NCBI GenBank assembly: GCA_046759445.1
Contig: JBHICG010000078.1
Location: 1-13,954, forward strand
Length of the DNA stretch: 13,954 bases
Origin: Candidatus Scalinduaceae bacterium
GTDB taxonomy: Bacteria; Planctomycetota; Brocadiia; Brocadiales; Scalinduaceae
Reading direction: 5' to 3'
Numbering within the stretch: the first letter of the stretch is position 1; the number at the start of each line of letters is the position of its first letter. Both the position numbers and the translations under genes were made by a program. This document shows, piece after piece, positions 1 through 8,529 of this stretch. The notes under the pieces are model-generated. The model was not told where the DNA came from and did not search any database. It worked only from the letters and a program-made list of their open reading frames with translations.

Positions 1-1
1 A

Positions 2-97
2 AATCCCAATAGACTTGTTGAGATACTCTTTTACGATCATCCACCCATATCCAAACGAATAGAAATGGCAAAAGATGAAGCCAAGCTGAAAGAATAG
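2..97 (+). CDS. C-terminal end of an M48 family (Ste24/HtpX-like) zinc metallopeptidase, 5'-truncated by the window
   Basis: Frame 2 reads NPNRLVEILFYDHPPISKRIEMAKDEAKLKE* (TAG 95-97); FYxHPPxxxRI is the typical M48 C-terminal motif. Not in the ORF track because it has no start in the window. Confidence 0.75.
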   Translation, partial: NPNRLVEILFYDHPPISKRIEMAKDEAKLKE

Positions 98-242
98 GAA
101 GACGTAATAGCTTATAGTAATCAGCAATTAGGTTACCATTTATTTCCTCTGTTCTTTAGATATGTATTTAATATCTTCAGGGTCTCATTATATTCCTAAG
201 TCAAAGCCACTAAACTTGTTTATACAACTACTATTAAGCAAG

Positions 243-283
243 AAAAAAGGGGGATTAATTTAAACTAATATTAATCCCCCTTT
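243..283 (-). terminator. Intrinsic terminator after the hao-like pseudogene, possibly bidirectional
   Basis: Perfect 14-bp inverted repeat AAAGGGGGATTAAT (246-259) / ATTAATCCCCCTTT (270-283), 10-nt loop, T6 tract on the minus strand (243-248), 26 nt after the stop at 310, between convergent genes. Confidence 0.85.
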
Positions 284-309
284 GAATTGTCAGGATATTT
301 TAAGACTGA

Positions 310-1848
310 CTATTCCTTAATGTCTCCTTCTTTTCTCTTCCATCCAAGAAGAAGGTCTGTATATTCACCATGTTTCCAGAAATCATAAGCCTTGTGGTCT
401 ATGCCGGCTTTCTTCTCCAATGTTGAAATTCTCCTGAGTTTACTTGCTTCACCTTTGATGTCTATAAGCCATCTGTCCTGTAGAAATGCGCCTTTGCCAT
501 ATGTTGCGCCGTACCATCCAAAGTGAGCCATGGCTTTGTATATGGCATTTGTAATATATACCAGCATTTCAAAATGCCTTTTTTTCTATGAAAGAAACGT
601 TAAACATTCTTCCCTCTCCACCGGGAAACAAGCTGAATGTATAATGTCCATTCCAGTCAGGTGCAAGGTCCTTTGGCATTGGGTCGAGAAGTCCGTCATT
701 GTAAAGATCTACAATTATCTTCATGGCCTCACGCCATTTTACAAAAGCTGGCTTTATTGCTTCATCAGCAGGCTCTAACTGATCTCTGGCGAACCTTGGT
801 GAGTGACAACCAGAACAGGTCTTTATCCATGCATCTCGAGTGGCTTTATATTTAGGAGCGCCCCTGTCAACCAAATGCACTCCCATTCCGCTATGGACTG
901 TTGAAAAGTTTTGTTGGTTATAGTCACCGCCTTGCATGTGACAGTATGAACATGTGGGTGTCTGATAGTTTTCGGGTCTCATGGGCTTTGTCCAATCCCA
1001 GGAAGCTCCATTGCTTGCCCATAAAAGTCCATGATAGGATTGCATCCACATCTCATATTCATAATGGTCTAACCCCCTGTGACAGACTGCGCGCCCGGCG
1101 GGTTTCCTTGCTTCGGCTTCTGAAAATTCATGCCTTGTATGGCAACCATCACATGTGTTTTCGGCCTTACCGTGACAGGTGGCACAGGCCGTGACTTCTT
1201 CCGGAGGCTTTTCTACCTGCCAGGAAGCTTCATTCGTACTAACATGGAATGCATGCGTATGAGAACCTGCCCCTCCAGCCCTGTGTCCTGCTGTTTGTTT
1301 GGGATGGCATTTGCCACATTCCTTGTACGTAGGCATTACTAACTGCATGTGATTTGAACCGTGGCATGCATCACAGCCTACTATCTTTTTCCATGATGTG
1401 GTATGTTTACTTTTTTTCCATTGTGCAACGATTCCAGGTGTCTTAATCATGTGGCACAAAATACATTGGTCATTTGTGAATTCACCATCAACTTCCTGGG
1501 TTGAGGTGTAATAATGCTCTGGATCGTACCATCTCATTACGGGTAAATACTTAAATAGTTTTCCATACTTGCCTTCTCCCTGAAGCAGGTTTTCTAGTCC
1601 GGTGTATTCTGCTGTCAGACCCGTGTGGAATACCTCACCTGCGTCATCCGGCCCTACTTTTTGATTAAAGATTTTAGATGCTGCTTCCTGAAATGTTTGT
1701 TTTTTTTGGCAGCTTTAGATGGTTCAGCTTTTTCTTCAGCGAGTACATAACCATCTTCGAAAAGGAATGATTTTGAATTAGTACGTAATATAAAAGCAAC
1801 TCCAATTATTAAAATGGTATAAAATATTATCTTCTTAATATCTTTCAT
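310..1848 (-). pseudogene. hao: Frameshifted octaheme hydroxylamine oxidase/oxidoreductase (anammox HOX-like paralogue), about 512 aa when repaired
   Basis: Three ORF pieces join into one gene: signal peptide MKDIKKIIFYTILIIG (ATG 1848, SD AAGGGG), frameshift in an A8 run (1700-1707), then QTFQEAASKIFNQKVGPDD...LPVMRWYDPEHY with seven intact CxxCH plus one broken motif (RAVCH), second frameshift at 571-585, then EMLVYITNAIYKAMAHFGWYGATYG...DFWKHGEYTDLL. Collinear with the intact paralogue at 5157-6500. Confidence 0.88.
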
Positions 1849-2386
1849 AGTATTCCCCTTTCTATTCATAAATTCCATTTTTTAAATCAAATTTCGTAAA
1901 CATTTCTCCTCGTTCTTAAGCAAAAGGAGATTTATTATATTCATACCTTTTATTTACACTATACTCAAAGACTACGACTACAAAAGAAACCCTGTTTATA
2001 TATAGTAGCTGGTAATGTAAATACTGATTATCAAGGACTCCAGTATTTCTTCTAAGGCTCTAAATAGAACCTGCTGGATGTCAAAGATAATAGATTAGAA
2101 TTTTTTGAAAATCAATTAATTTCCTTTTAAAGATGTATTCTTTCTGGACAAACTTGAGTCACTACCATACCTGCGTAATCGAGCTGGGACTACCAGCTTA
2201 ACTGGTGGTATAAGTATTAATGGATTTTGTGTCTTGTTGGATAAGACTATTCTAACTGGGGGAATTGAGATATTTTTTTGTTATTTGTCATTTGGAACTT
2301 AGCACTTATCAGATACTTGGGAAAATTCCAGCAATTGTTTTTTGCCGTAATTGGACGGGATTTAAGAAATAACTAAGCAATCATAT

Positions 2387-2432
2387 TTTACCCCGTAGGA
2401 ATGCCCGTGCGAAATTCCAATGGGGTTTACTT
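2387..2432. repeat. REP-like imperfect palindrome, family A copy 1
   Basis: TTTAC-CCCGTAGGAATGCCCGTGCGAAATTCCAATGGGG-TTTAC; arms ACCCCGTAGGAAT / ATTCCAATGGGGT; related copy at 6980-7045; abuts the cytochrome b stop codon. Confidence 0.7.
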
Positions 2433-2433
2433 A

Positions 2434-4122
2434 CTAGGAGGATTTTTTTCGGAAACTTTGGATAAATAAGACTAAATTATCAATCTCTTGTTTTGAAAGT
2501 TTGTCCTTAAATGCTGGCATATCACTAAAATTGCCAAAATATTTATTTTGGCCGGGATCTTCAATGATACCTCTTAGCCATTTGTCAGAAGCAAAGGCAT
2601 CTAGTGTTGGGGCTAAACTTTCTCCTTTCCCATTATAAGTGTGACAATTATAGCACCCCTCTTCTTCCAGAATTGTTTCTCCAATTTCCTTTAGTACCGG
2701 GACGATCTCTTTGTCTGGTTCAGCCTGTGCAAGCAGGAAATCTATCAGATCCGATAAATAATCTTCATCTAGGTCAGTGGCAGGCATCTCACCGATCTTT
2801 GTATTTCCATAATATTTGGATGCATTGGGGTCTTGAAAGAAGCCCATAAGCCATGGTTTGGAATTATATGCTGTTAAATCTGGGGCAGAATCGCCTCCTT
2901 CTCCCTCAAAATAATGGCATGTAAGACAGTGTTTCCTAAACACCTGTTCACCCGCATACATCGGATCATTCATAAACACGGCTGTTCCACCTTGGGGTGG
3001 AATACCGAGTGCCGCCAACTTTATTGCCATACGAGCCATTATTTCAGATTCCTCTTTTTGTTTTATGATTCGCTCGTTTCTGGAATCGCTTATGCTTGAC
3101 ATTATTGTCAGGAAGATGACACCTGCAAGACAGGCACCAAAAGAACCTATGACTGGCAGCCTTTTTAATGGAGAACGGCTCCTTGACCTGTCAATAAAGG
3201 GAAGGGCAATTATTAAGGATGCGACAACGGAAGGAATAATAATGGCACCTACAACTTCCAGGTCACCCTCAAAATATTTTAATAGTTGAAACAGAAACAG
3301 GAAATACCATTCAGGCCGTGCAATGTAATTTGAACTCGGGTCAGCAGGGGATTGTAATTCTGCACCATCACGATACCAGACCACAAGTACCATTGAAATG
3401 AAAACAATTACAGCAACGACAACATCCTTAAAGACCTGGTCCGGCCAGAAAGGTTGTGTCTTTTTCTTGAGTTCCAACTCACCAGTCTTCCAGTGAGGGG
3501 TTACTCCGTGACGTCTGAATAGATAGATATGGATGGCCAGAAAGGTCATAAGACCTGCCGGTAGAAAGAAGACGTGGAAGCTGTAAAATCGTGTAAGTGT
3601 AAGATTGCCATAGTCATTTCCGCCTTGAATTACTCCCTTTACAAATTCACCGATTCCCGGAACTAAACCCATGATGCTCGTAGCGACTTGTGTCGCCCAG
3701 TAACCCTTTTGATCCCAGGGAAGCAGATAACCGGTAAGTCCAAACCCAAATATGATGAAAAGCATGAAGACTCCTGTAATCCAGTTTAACTCACGTGGTT
3801 TTCTGTATGCACCAAAGATAAGTGTTTGAGCCATATGGAGCACGGCCAGAACTATCATTGCACTGGAACCAACGTTATGCATCCCTCTTACAAACCAGCC
3901 GGAAAACGTTTTGTGCTGTATATAATATACACTTCCCCATGCATCTGTGGTAGACGCGGAATAGCAGGTAGCAAGAATTACGCCGGAGACAATCTGCATG
4001 ATAAAGACGAAAACAAGTGCACTGCCAAAGACGTAGGACCACTTGGCGCCACCTTCTACAGGCTCATCCATAAATTTATTAAAAAGGTCTTTGAGACCGG
4101 TTCTTTCTTCTAACCATTTCAT
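2434..4122 (-). CDS. petB: Cytochrome b of a Rieske/cytochrome b complex fused to two C-terminal class I cytochrome c domains (562 aa)
   Basis: Start reassigned to MKWLEERTG (ATG 4122), which removes the overlap with the Rieske gene. Heme b His pairs in RGMH...VLHMAQ and YSFH...AIHIY, TGYLLPWDQKGYWA, Qo motif RPEWYFLF, then CLTCH...MPA and CYNCH...MPA. Confidence 0.93.
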   Translation of the reverse strand: MKWLEERTGLKDLFNKFMDEPVEGGAKWSYVFGSALVFVFIMQIVSGVILATCYSASTTDAWGSVYYIQHKTFSGWFVRGMHNVGSSAMIVLAVLHMAQTLIFGAYRKPRELNWITGVFMLFIIFGFGLTGYLLPWDQKGYWATQVATSIMGLVPGIGEFVKGVIQGGNDYGNLTLTRFYSFHVFFLPAGLMTFLAIHIYLFRRHGVTPHWKTGELELKKKTQPFWPDQVFKDVVVAVIVFISMVLVVWYRDGAELQSPADPSSNYIARPEWYFLFLFQLLKYFEGDLEVVGAIIIPSVVASLIIALPFIDRSRSRSPLKRLPVIGSFGACLAGVIFLTIMSSISDSRNERIIKQKEESEIMARMAIKLAALGIPPQGGTAVFMNDPMYAGEQVFRKHCLTCHYFEGEGGDSAPDLTAYNSKPWLMGFFQDPNASKYYGNTKIGEMPATDLDEDYLSDLIDFLLAQAEPDKEIVPVLKEIGETILEEEGCYNCHTYNGKGESLAPTLDAFASDKWLRGIIEDPGQNKYFGNFSDMPAFKDKLSKQEIDNLVLFIQSFRKKSS

Positions 4123-4168
4123 TTTATAGTACTCGAAATTAGACGTAAAATTTAAGTATAAGCAACTC

Positions 4169-4723
4169 TCAAGCAGGCATTTTCTTGGAAATACCAAGTT
4201 TCATTTTCTGGTATCTCACAAATAGCTTTCCCTGTTTGATTTCTGTTTCAAGGGTATCCAATCCCCGTGGAGAAGGCCCTGAAAGGACGCTTCCTTCGAT
4301 ATCAAAATAACTTTCATGGCACGGGCAGACAAACCTTCCCGAACCCTCGTCCCAGTCGATACCACATCCAAGGTGAGGACAGATTGAGGAAAAGACAGTA
4401 AATTTTTTATCCTTATCCATTAATATCCAGACTGCACCTATTGCAGTCGGAGGAAATTTGGTCCATGCGTCCGTCAAAGAATCCTTGATTGCTACTTTCC
4501 TGGGGACATTGACCTGGTACTCATTGACGTTACCGATATCAACCATATCTGATGAACCTGTAACGGTATTTTGTATAGCCGGGCTGATAAAGGCGCGTAT
4601 CATGGGGATCGCATAGCCAATACCAATAAGAGATGATAGAGCGACGGAACATATCTTTAAAAAGTTGCGCCGTCCATTTCCAGTTGAATGTATGCTTTCC
4701 TTTATGTCAGTGTGTTCATTCAT
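4169..4723 (-). CDS. Rieske [2Fe-2S] subunit of the Rieske/cytochrome b complex, Tat-anchored
   Basis: GRRNFLK twin-arginine motif plus hydrophobic helix, Rieske boxes CPHLGC and CPCHES, GPSPRGL; SD AGGAG upstream; directly upstream of cytochrome b. Confidence 0.95.
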   Translation of the reverse strand: MNEHTDIKESIHSTGNGRRNFLKICSVALSSLIGIGYAIPMIRAFISPAIQNTVTGSSDMVDIGNVNEYQVNVPRKVAIKDSLTDAWTKFPPTAIGAVWILMDKDKKFTVFSSICPHLGCGIDWDEGSGRFVCPCHESYFDIEGSVLSGPSPRGLDTLETEIKQGKLFVRYQKMKLGISKKMPA

Positions 4724-4808
4724 CTCCGAACTCCTAACTTATGAACCTGAAAAGTAAACATGGATAGACAAATCTCAATGAGAGGCTATTAAAATATAAC
4801 TTTCGGTC

Positions 4809-4844
4809 AAATGGAGCCTGTGCTCTTATGCGAAGGCGGATAAA
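4809..4844 (-). repeat. REP-like repeat, family B copy 1 (internally deleted)
   Basis: Minus strand TTTATCCGCCTTCGCATAAGAGCACAGGCTCCATTT aligns to 6880-6929 (+) with 3 substitutions and a 14-nt deletion. Confidence 0.75.
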
Positions 4845-4978
4845 AATTGTGTTGACCTTGAATAATAATGTTCATTTTTTAAAATTCTTCTAAAATAGTT
4901 TTACAATCAACTCGCTCTCCCTTATTATTCCTCATATAATGGGTAGGTTAGGGGGTTACCAATAGAGTCGGTAGATTC

Positions 4979-5000
4979 CCTCCCCCTTGATGGGGGGAGG
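4979..5000. repeat. GC-rich hairpin (REP-like element or mRNA stability/termination stem) between hao and the Rieske gene
   Basis: CCTCCCCC-TTGATG-GGGGGAGG, 8-bp perfect stem; no convincing T tract on the minus strand. Confidence 0.5.
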
Positions 5001-5156
5001 TTTTGTATGCATGTAAAATATAAGGTATGATTTGTGCGCAGTGTGAAAATTAAGTAAATCCTTCTAAATAACCGACCAGCCCAAAAGGGCTTATATCCAA
5101 AATCCCGAACATATTTAGGATGTGATCAGATTCTGGATAACCCGTGGCTTTCTTAA

Positions 5157-6500
5157 TTATTTAATAATAATAAGCTTGTCAGTGTATTCCCCCTTCTTCC
5201 AAAAATCATGAGGAACATATTTTATACCAACCTTCTTTTCCAGTGCTCTTATTCGTCTTAATTTACTAGCTTCGGACTTTACTTTTAAAAGAGATTCGTC
5301 CTGTTTAAAAGCGCCCAACTCGTATGTCTGTAAGTTCGCTGACATATGGAAGGCCGCCTTGAAAATAGTCGTTCCCTGGTAGACAAGCATATCAAACCAT
5401 GTACGTTCGATTTCCGTGATATTATACATCCTGCCTCCAAGGTTCCATTTATGTCCCTCGTCCAGATATGGTGCCAGATCCTTTGGCATGGCTTCAAGGA
5501 ATCCATCCTTTTGCAAATCCTCAACAACAGCTTTAGCCTCTCTGACTTTCATATGACTTACCTTAACTGTTTCGTCAGCTCCCCGTAAATATGCAGCCGC
5601 GAATCGAGACGAATGGCAATCGTTGCAGATGTTTAACCATCCCTTTCTTTTACCCGCATGCTCTTCAGCCCCACGATCAACTTCTTGAACTCCCATATGG
5701 GAATATATGGCGTTTTCAATAGCGTTGTGAGTACCTTCGTACATATGACAATAAGCACAAGTGGGGGCCCTATAGTTTCCCACCCTTAGAGGTTTATTCC
5801 AATCCCAGTTATCTCCATCAATCTTCGTAATCACCCCATGTACCGAAGTCTGATAACACTCCATGTCGCGATGGTCCGGACCGTTATGGCAAAAGCCGCA
5901 GGCTTCAGGTCGTCTGGCTTCGGATGCCCTAAAAACATGCCGAAAATGGCAAGAATCACATTTATTTTCAATTGAGTGGCACTGTGCACATCCGGCAACC
6001 TCCGGTTGGGGTTTGCTGATTTGCCACCCGGCTTCAACTACGTCTGGATGAAATGCTCTTGCATGAGCAGGATGCCCTGCTTTCTTTTCTGAATTAAATT
6101 CCTCAACTTGTTCAGGATGACATTTCTCGCAGATATCTGGTGTTGGTAGTCGTAGTTTTTGATGATCATTACCATGACATTTATCACAGGTTACTCCTGC
6201 ATCGCTATGGGCACTGGCCTTCCAGTCGATTACTATCCCTGGAGTTATTTGGTTATGACAATTAACGCATCTTATTCCCACAAAGGTACCTTCGATCTTA
6301 TTGTCGGGTTCAAAATAGTGGAGAGGGTCCCACCAACGATACATCTCGATGGGTCTCCAAAATTTGCCCCATTTCCCCTCACCTCTTGTCAGTTTTCCCA
6401 GTTTTTCCGCTGCATGGACATTAGCCACTGTAACAAATCCGTAAGAAACCAGCGAAAACACAGCAATGAATAAGAAAATCTTTTTTATATTTATATTCAT
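5157..6500 (-). CDS. hao: Intact octaheme hydroxylamine oxidoreductase-family protein (anammox HOX-like paralogue, predicted oxidative type), 447 aa
   Basis: Sec signal peptide ending NVHA|AE; eight CxxCH (CVNCH, CDKCH, CEKCH, CAQCH, CDSCH, CGFCH, CAYCH, CNDCH); catalytic Asp-His in GPDH; H-x7-Y in FHMSANLQTY (Y393, 5322-5324); RWWDPLHY and EASKLRR motifs; SD GAGG. Confidence 0.93.
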   Translation of the reverse strand: MNINIKKIFLFIAVFSLVSYGFVTVANVHAAEKLGKLTRGEGKWGKFWRPIEMYRWWDPLHYFEPDNKIEGTFVGIRCVNCHNQITPGIVIDWKASAHSDAGVTCDKCHGNDHQKLRLPTPDICEKCHPEQVEEFNSEKKAGHPAHARAFHPDVVEAGWQISKPQPEVAGCAQCHSIENKCDSCHFRHVFRASEARRPEACGFCHNGPDHRDMECYQTSVHGVITKIDGDNWDWNKPLRVGNYRAPTCAYCHMYEGTHNAIENAIYSHMGVQEVDRGAEEHAGKRKGWLNICNDCHSSRFAAAYLRGADETVKVSHMKVREAKAVVEDLQKDGFLEAMPKDLAPYLDEGHKWNLGGRMYNITEIERTWFDMLVYQGTTIFKAAFHMSANLQTYELGAFKQDESLLKVKSEASKLRRIRALEKKVGIKYVPHDFWKKGEYTDKLIIIK

Positions 6501-6695
6501 TTATAAATCCTCTCCTTCCTTATTCTTACCTATTAATACCCAAAATTATAAGATAATAAACATTATTCATTTATGTCGCAATGTCGCATTACAATCTATC
6601 TTACCTCCCATTTTCTAGACCTCAAATATAAAGCTTCTTAATCATTATATCCGCAGAATCATCTACCATACCATTCATTATTTCAAAGTAGAATA

Positions 6696-6723
6696 ATTAT
6701 ATTAAGCAAGGAAATCTTGTCAA
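6696..6723 (-). promoter_or_regulatory. Sigma70-type promoter upstream of hao
   Basis: Minus strand TTGACA (6723-6718), 16 nt, TATAAT (6701-6696); both hexamers are perfect consensus, about 195 nt before the ATG. Confidence 0.75.
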
Positions 6724-6879
6724 GAATAAAAAATAGAATAGAAAATAGGGACATTTGACAAATTTCTTTCAAAATTTTAGAAGAAGCTTTTTTTAAGTTA
6801 TACTACAGGGTTATTTATCAAGTTACGTTTGATACAGATATTTCCTCTGCTTTTTCAATATTATAGATTGAAACATAAA

Positions 6880-6929
6880 TTTATCCGCCTTCGCAGAAGA
6901 CCACTGGCTTTGCCCGTGGGGCTCCATTT
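6880..6929 (+). repeat. REP-like repeat, family B copy 2 (full length, with hairpin)
   Basis: TTTATCCGCCTTCGCAGAAGA-CCACTGGC-TTT-GCCCGTGG-GGCTCCATTT; hairpin with one mismatch; related copy at 4809-4844. Confidence 0.75.
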
Positions 6930-6979
6930 TCGTTTATGGTGTGAACAGGATTGCATTAAATTATCTGGATATTTTCCCG

Positions 6980-7045
6980 TTTACCCTGAAGGAATGCTCC
7001 GTGCAGAGCTAAGCCTGCTTTGAGAAATTCCAACGGAGTTTACTT
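6980..7045. repeat. REP-like imperfect palindrome, family A copy 2
   Basis: TTTAC-CCTGAAGGAATGCTCCGTGC[AGAGCTAAGCCTGCTTTGA]GAAATTCCAACGGAG-TTTAC-TT; matches 2387-2432 with a 19-nt insert in the loop. Confidence 0.7.
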
Positions 7046-7154
7046 GCCACGAGTTGTGGTAACCGTAGGATAAAAATGAATCCTATATGTTCTGCAATCT
7101 CAGGTAGGCAGATTGGCGTGCTTTCCTTAGTAAACTTTTACTATATTTCTACAA

Positions 7155-8177
7155 CTAAATTGATACGACATCTATTAGTGCTGGATCATCAATACCCAGG
7201 CCCAATTGTGCGGCGGTATTGATATATTTTGGTTCTCTCCCTGCTTCTTTAAGTGATGGCATATTTACTTCTTTTCTCTTTTCCTCTATGATTTGAGTTC
7301 CGATACGATCAAGAGCTACTGGATCTATTCCAACCAAAATTCCTCTGTAGTCCCATGCCCATTGGGGCTTGAAGGCTGGACCACCATTGTATTGAGCTTT
7401 CAATGCATCGCAAATTATTAGTCTTAATTTACCCTTAATGTATGGATGACTATTAAGGTCAGCTATATAAGGGTTACAATTTCCATCGTGATATTTGTTC
7501 GGATTATGTATAACACCAAAAAAGTTTTTCATTCCTATCGATGTGCCTGCGAGGTCATGATCTTTCAAGACGGGTACGTTTATTATCGCTGTACAGTATG
7601 AGGAAATAATCTGACTGAAACAACTCCCAACACTACCAATGATTTGTGGTTGTTGGTCGTAACCACTTTGTGGAAGTTCATCAGTACCAAAGCATTTAAT
7701 ACCAACTTTGTTTTTTCTTGTTTTATATCCAGCATTATCCAGTTCTTTACTGAATCTTTCAAATATTATGATATTACCTTCTTTTACACCTGCGGATCTT
7801 AAGCCATTTACTATAGATTCAATTATTTCAATATGTGGAGAAAATTGACTCCCGGCTAAACAATTTACCTTTATGCCGACAATGTCATCTTTATAGAAAA
7901 GTCTCTCCCATGCATCAGATGGCTTTTTTGTGTCAGTGATTTTTTCTAATGCTTTGTCAATAGCCTTGTTAATAAGTGAAATATTTGCCTTTCCATTAAA
8001 GTTTATGAATTCTTTGTCTCGTGCAAGTATTACTTTGGATTTTGAAGGTACATCCGTTTCAGCGTATACACTATTGAACATTCTACTGTTAAACAGGAAG
8101 AGAGACGAAGTGTAAAGACCAGTACCAATTGTTGTAACATCTCTAAGGAATTCTCTTCTCGATTTTTTAATAGTCAT
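7155..8177 (-). CDS. DUF362 domain protein with Tat signal peptide (340 aa)
   Basis: SRREFL twin-arginine motif; VGIKVN and INVPVLKDHDLAGTSIGMKN, LIICDAL, DPVALD motifs typical of DUF362. Confidence 0.8.
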   Translation of the reverse strand: MTIKKSRREFLRDVTTIGTGLYTSSLFLFNSRMFNSVYAETDVPSKSKVILARDKEFINFNGKANISLINKAIDKALEKITDTKKPSDAWERLFYKDDIVGIKVNCLAGSQFSPHIEIIESIVNGLRSAGVKEGNIIIFERFSKELDNAGYKTRKNKVGIKCFGTDELPQSGYDQQPQIIGSVGSCFSQIISSYCTAIINVPVLKDHDLAGTSIGMKNFFGVIHNPNKYHDGNCNPYIADLNSHPYIKGKLRLIICDALKAQYNGGPAFKPQWAWDYRGILVGIDPVALDRIGTQIIEEKRKEVNMPSLKEAGREPKYINTAAQLGLGIDDPALIDVVSI

Positions 8178-8355
8178 TTTGTATTTTTACTAATATCGTT
8201 TTTGATATTAATGTGCTTGGGTTTGGTTATTGCGAGTATCTTCAAGTATTCTTTTGTTAACGGACAATCACAAGGATTTATACTAATAATTTTATGTGTC
8301 TTAGAAAGCAATATATTTTCTATACCTACTATCTAATATCTCTTAATGTCGAGCT

Positions 8356-8383
8356 ATTATAGCATAAAGTAACCTTGTGTCAA
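8356..8383 (-). promoter_or_regulatory. Sigma70-type promoter upstream of the DUF362 gene
   Basis: Minus strand TTGACA (8383-8378), 16 nt ending TGC (extended -10), TATAAT (8361-8356). Confidence 0.78.
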
Positions 8384-8529
8384 TATTGTCGCATATCTTG
8401 GTATGTGTTTGTTTGTAATGTTGCTTTTGGGAAGTGCTTTTAGCCTTCAAAAAATTGAAGTACTTTTCGTTTGAGTTAGGTGTATTTTTAATACTGTGGT
8501 AACTGCCTTCGAAGATTCGGATGTTAATC

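Noticed and set aside
310..1878. Three separate genes (85, 322, 74 aa), or programmed frameshifting/phase variation
   Set aside because: The pieces are collinear parts of one HAO; additional heme-ligand missense changes favour decay over programmed recoding.
2150..2215. Small hairpins (AGCTGG-GACTA-CCAGCT) as a riboswitch or sRNA upstream of the pseudogene
   Set aside because: Short stems only; no recognisable riboswitch consensus.
4123..4197. 25-aa N-terminal extension of cytochrome b in the ORF track
   Set aside because: Overlaps the Rieske gene; MKWLEERTG at 4122 is the family-typical start.
5157..6500. Hydrazine dehydrogenase (hzo/hdh) call
   Set aside because: All eight motifs are CxxCH with no CxxxxCH motif, and the protein is shorter and HOX-like.
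6829..7023. 64-aa plus-strand ORF
   Set aside because: Composed largely of the REP-like repeats, TTG start, no protein features.
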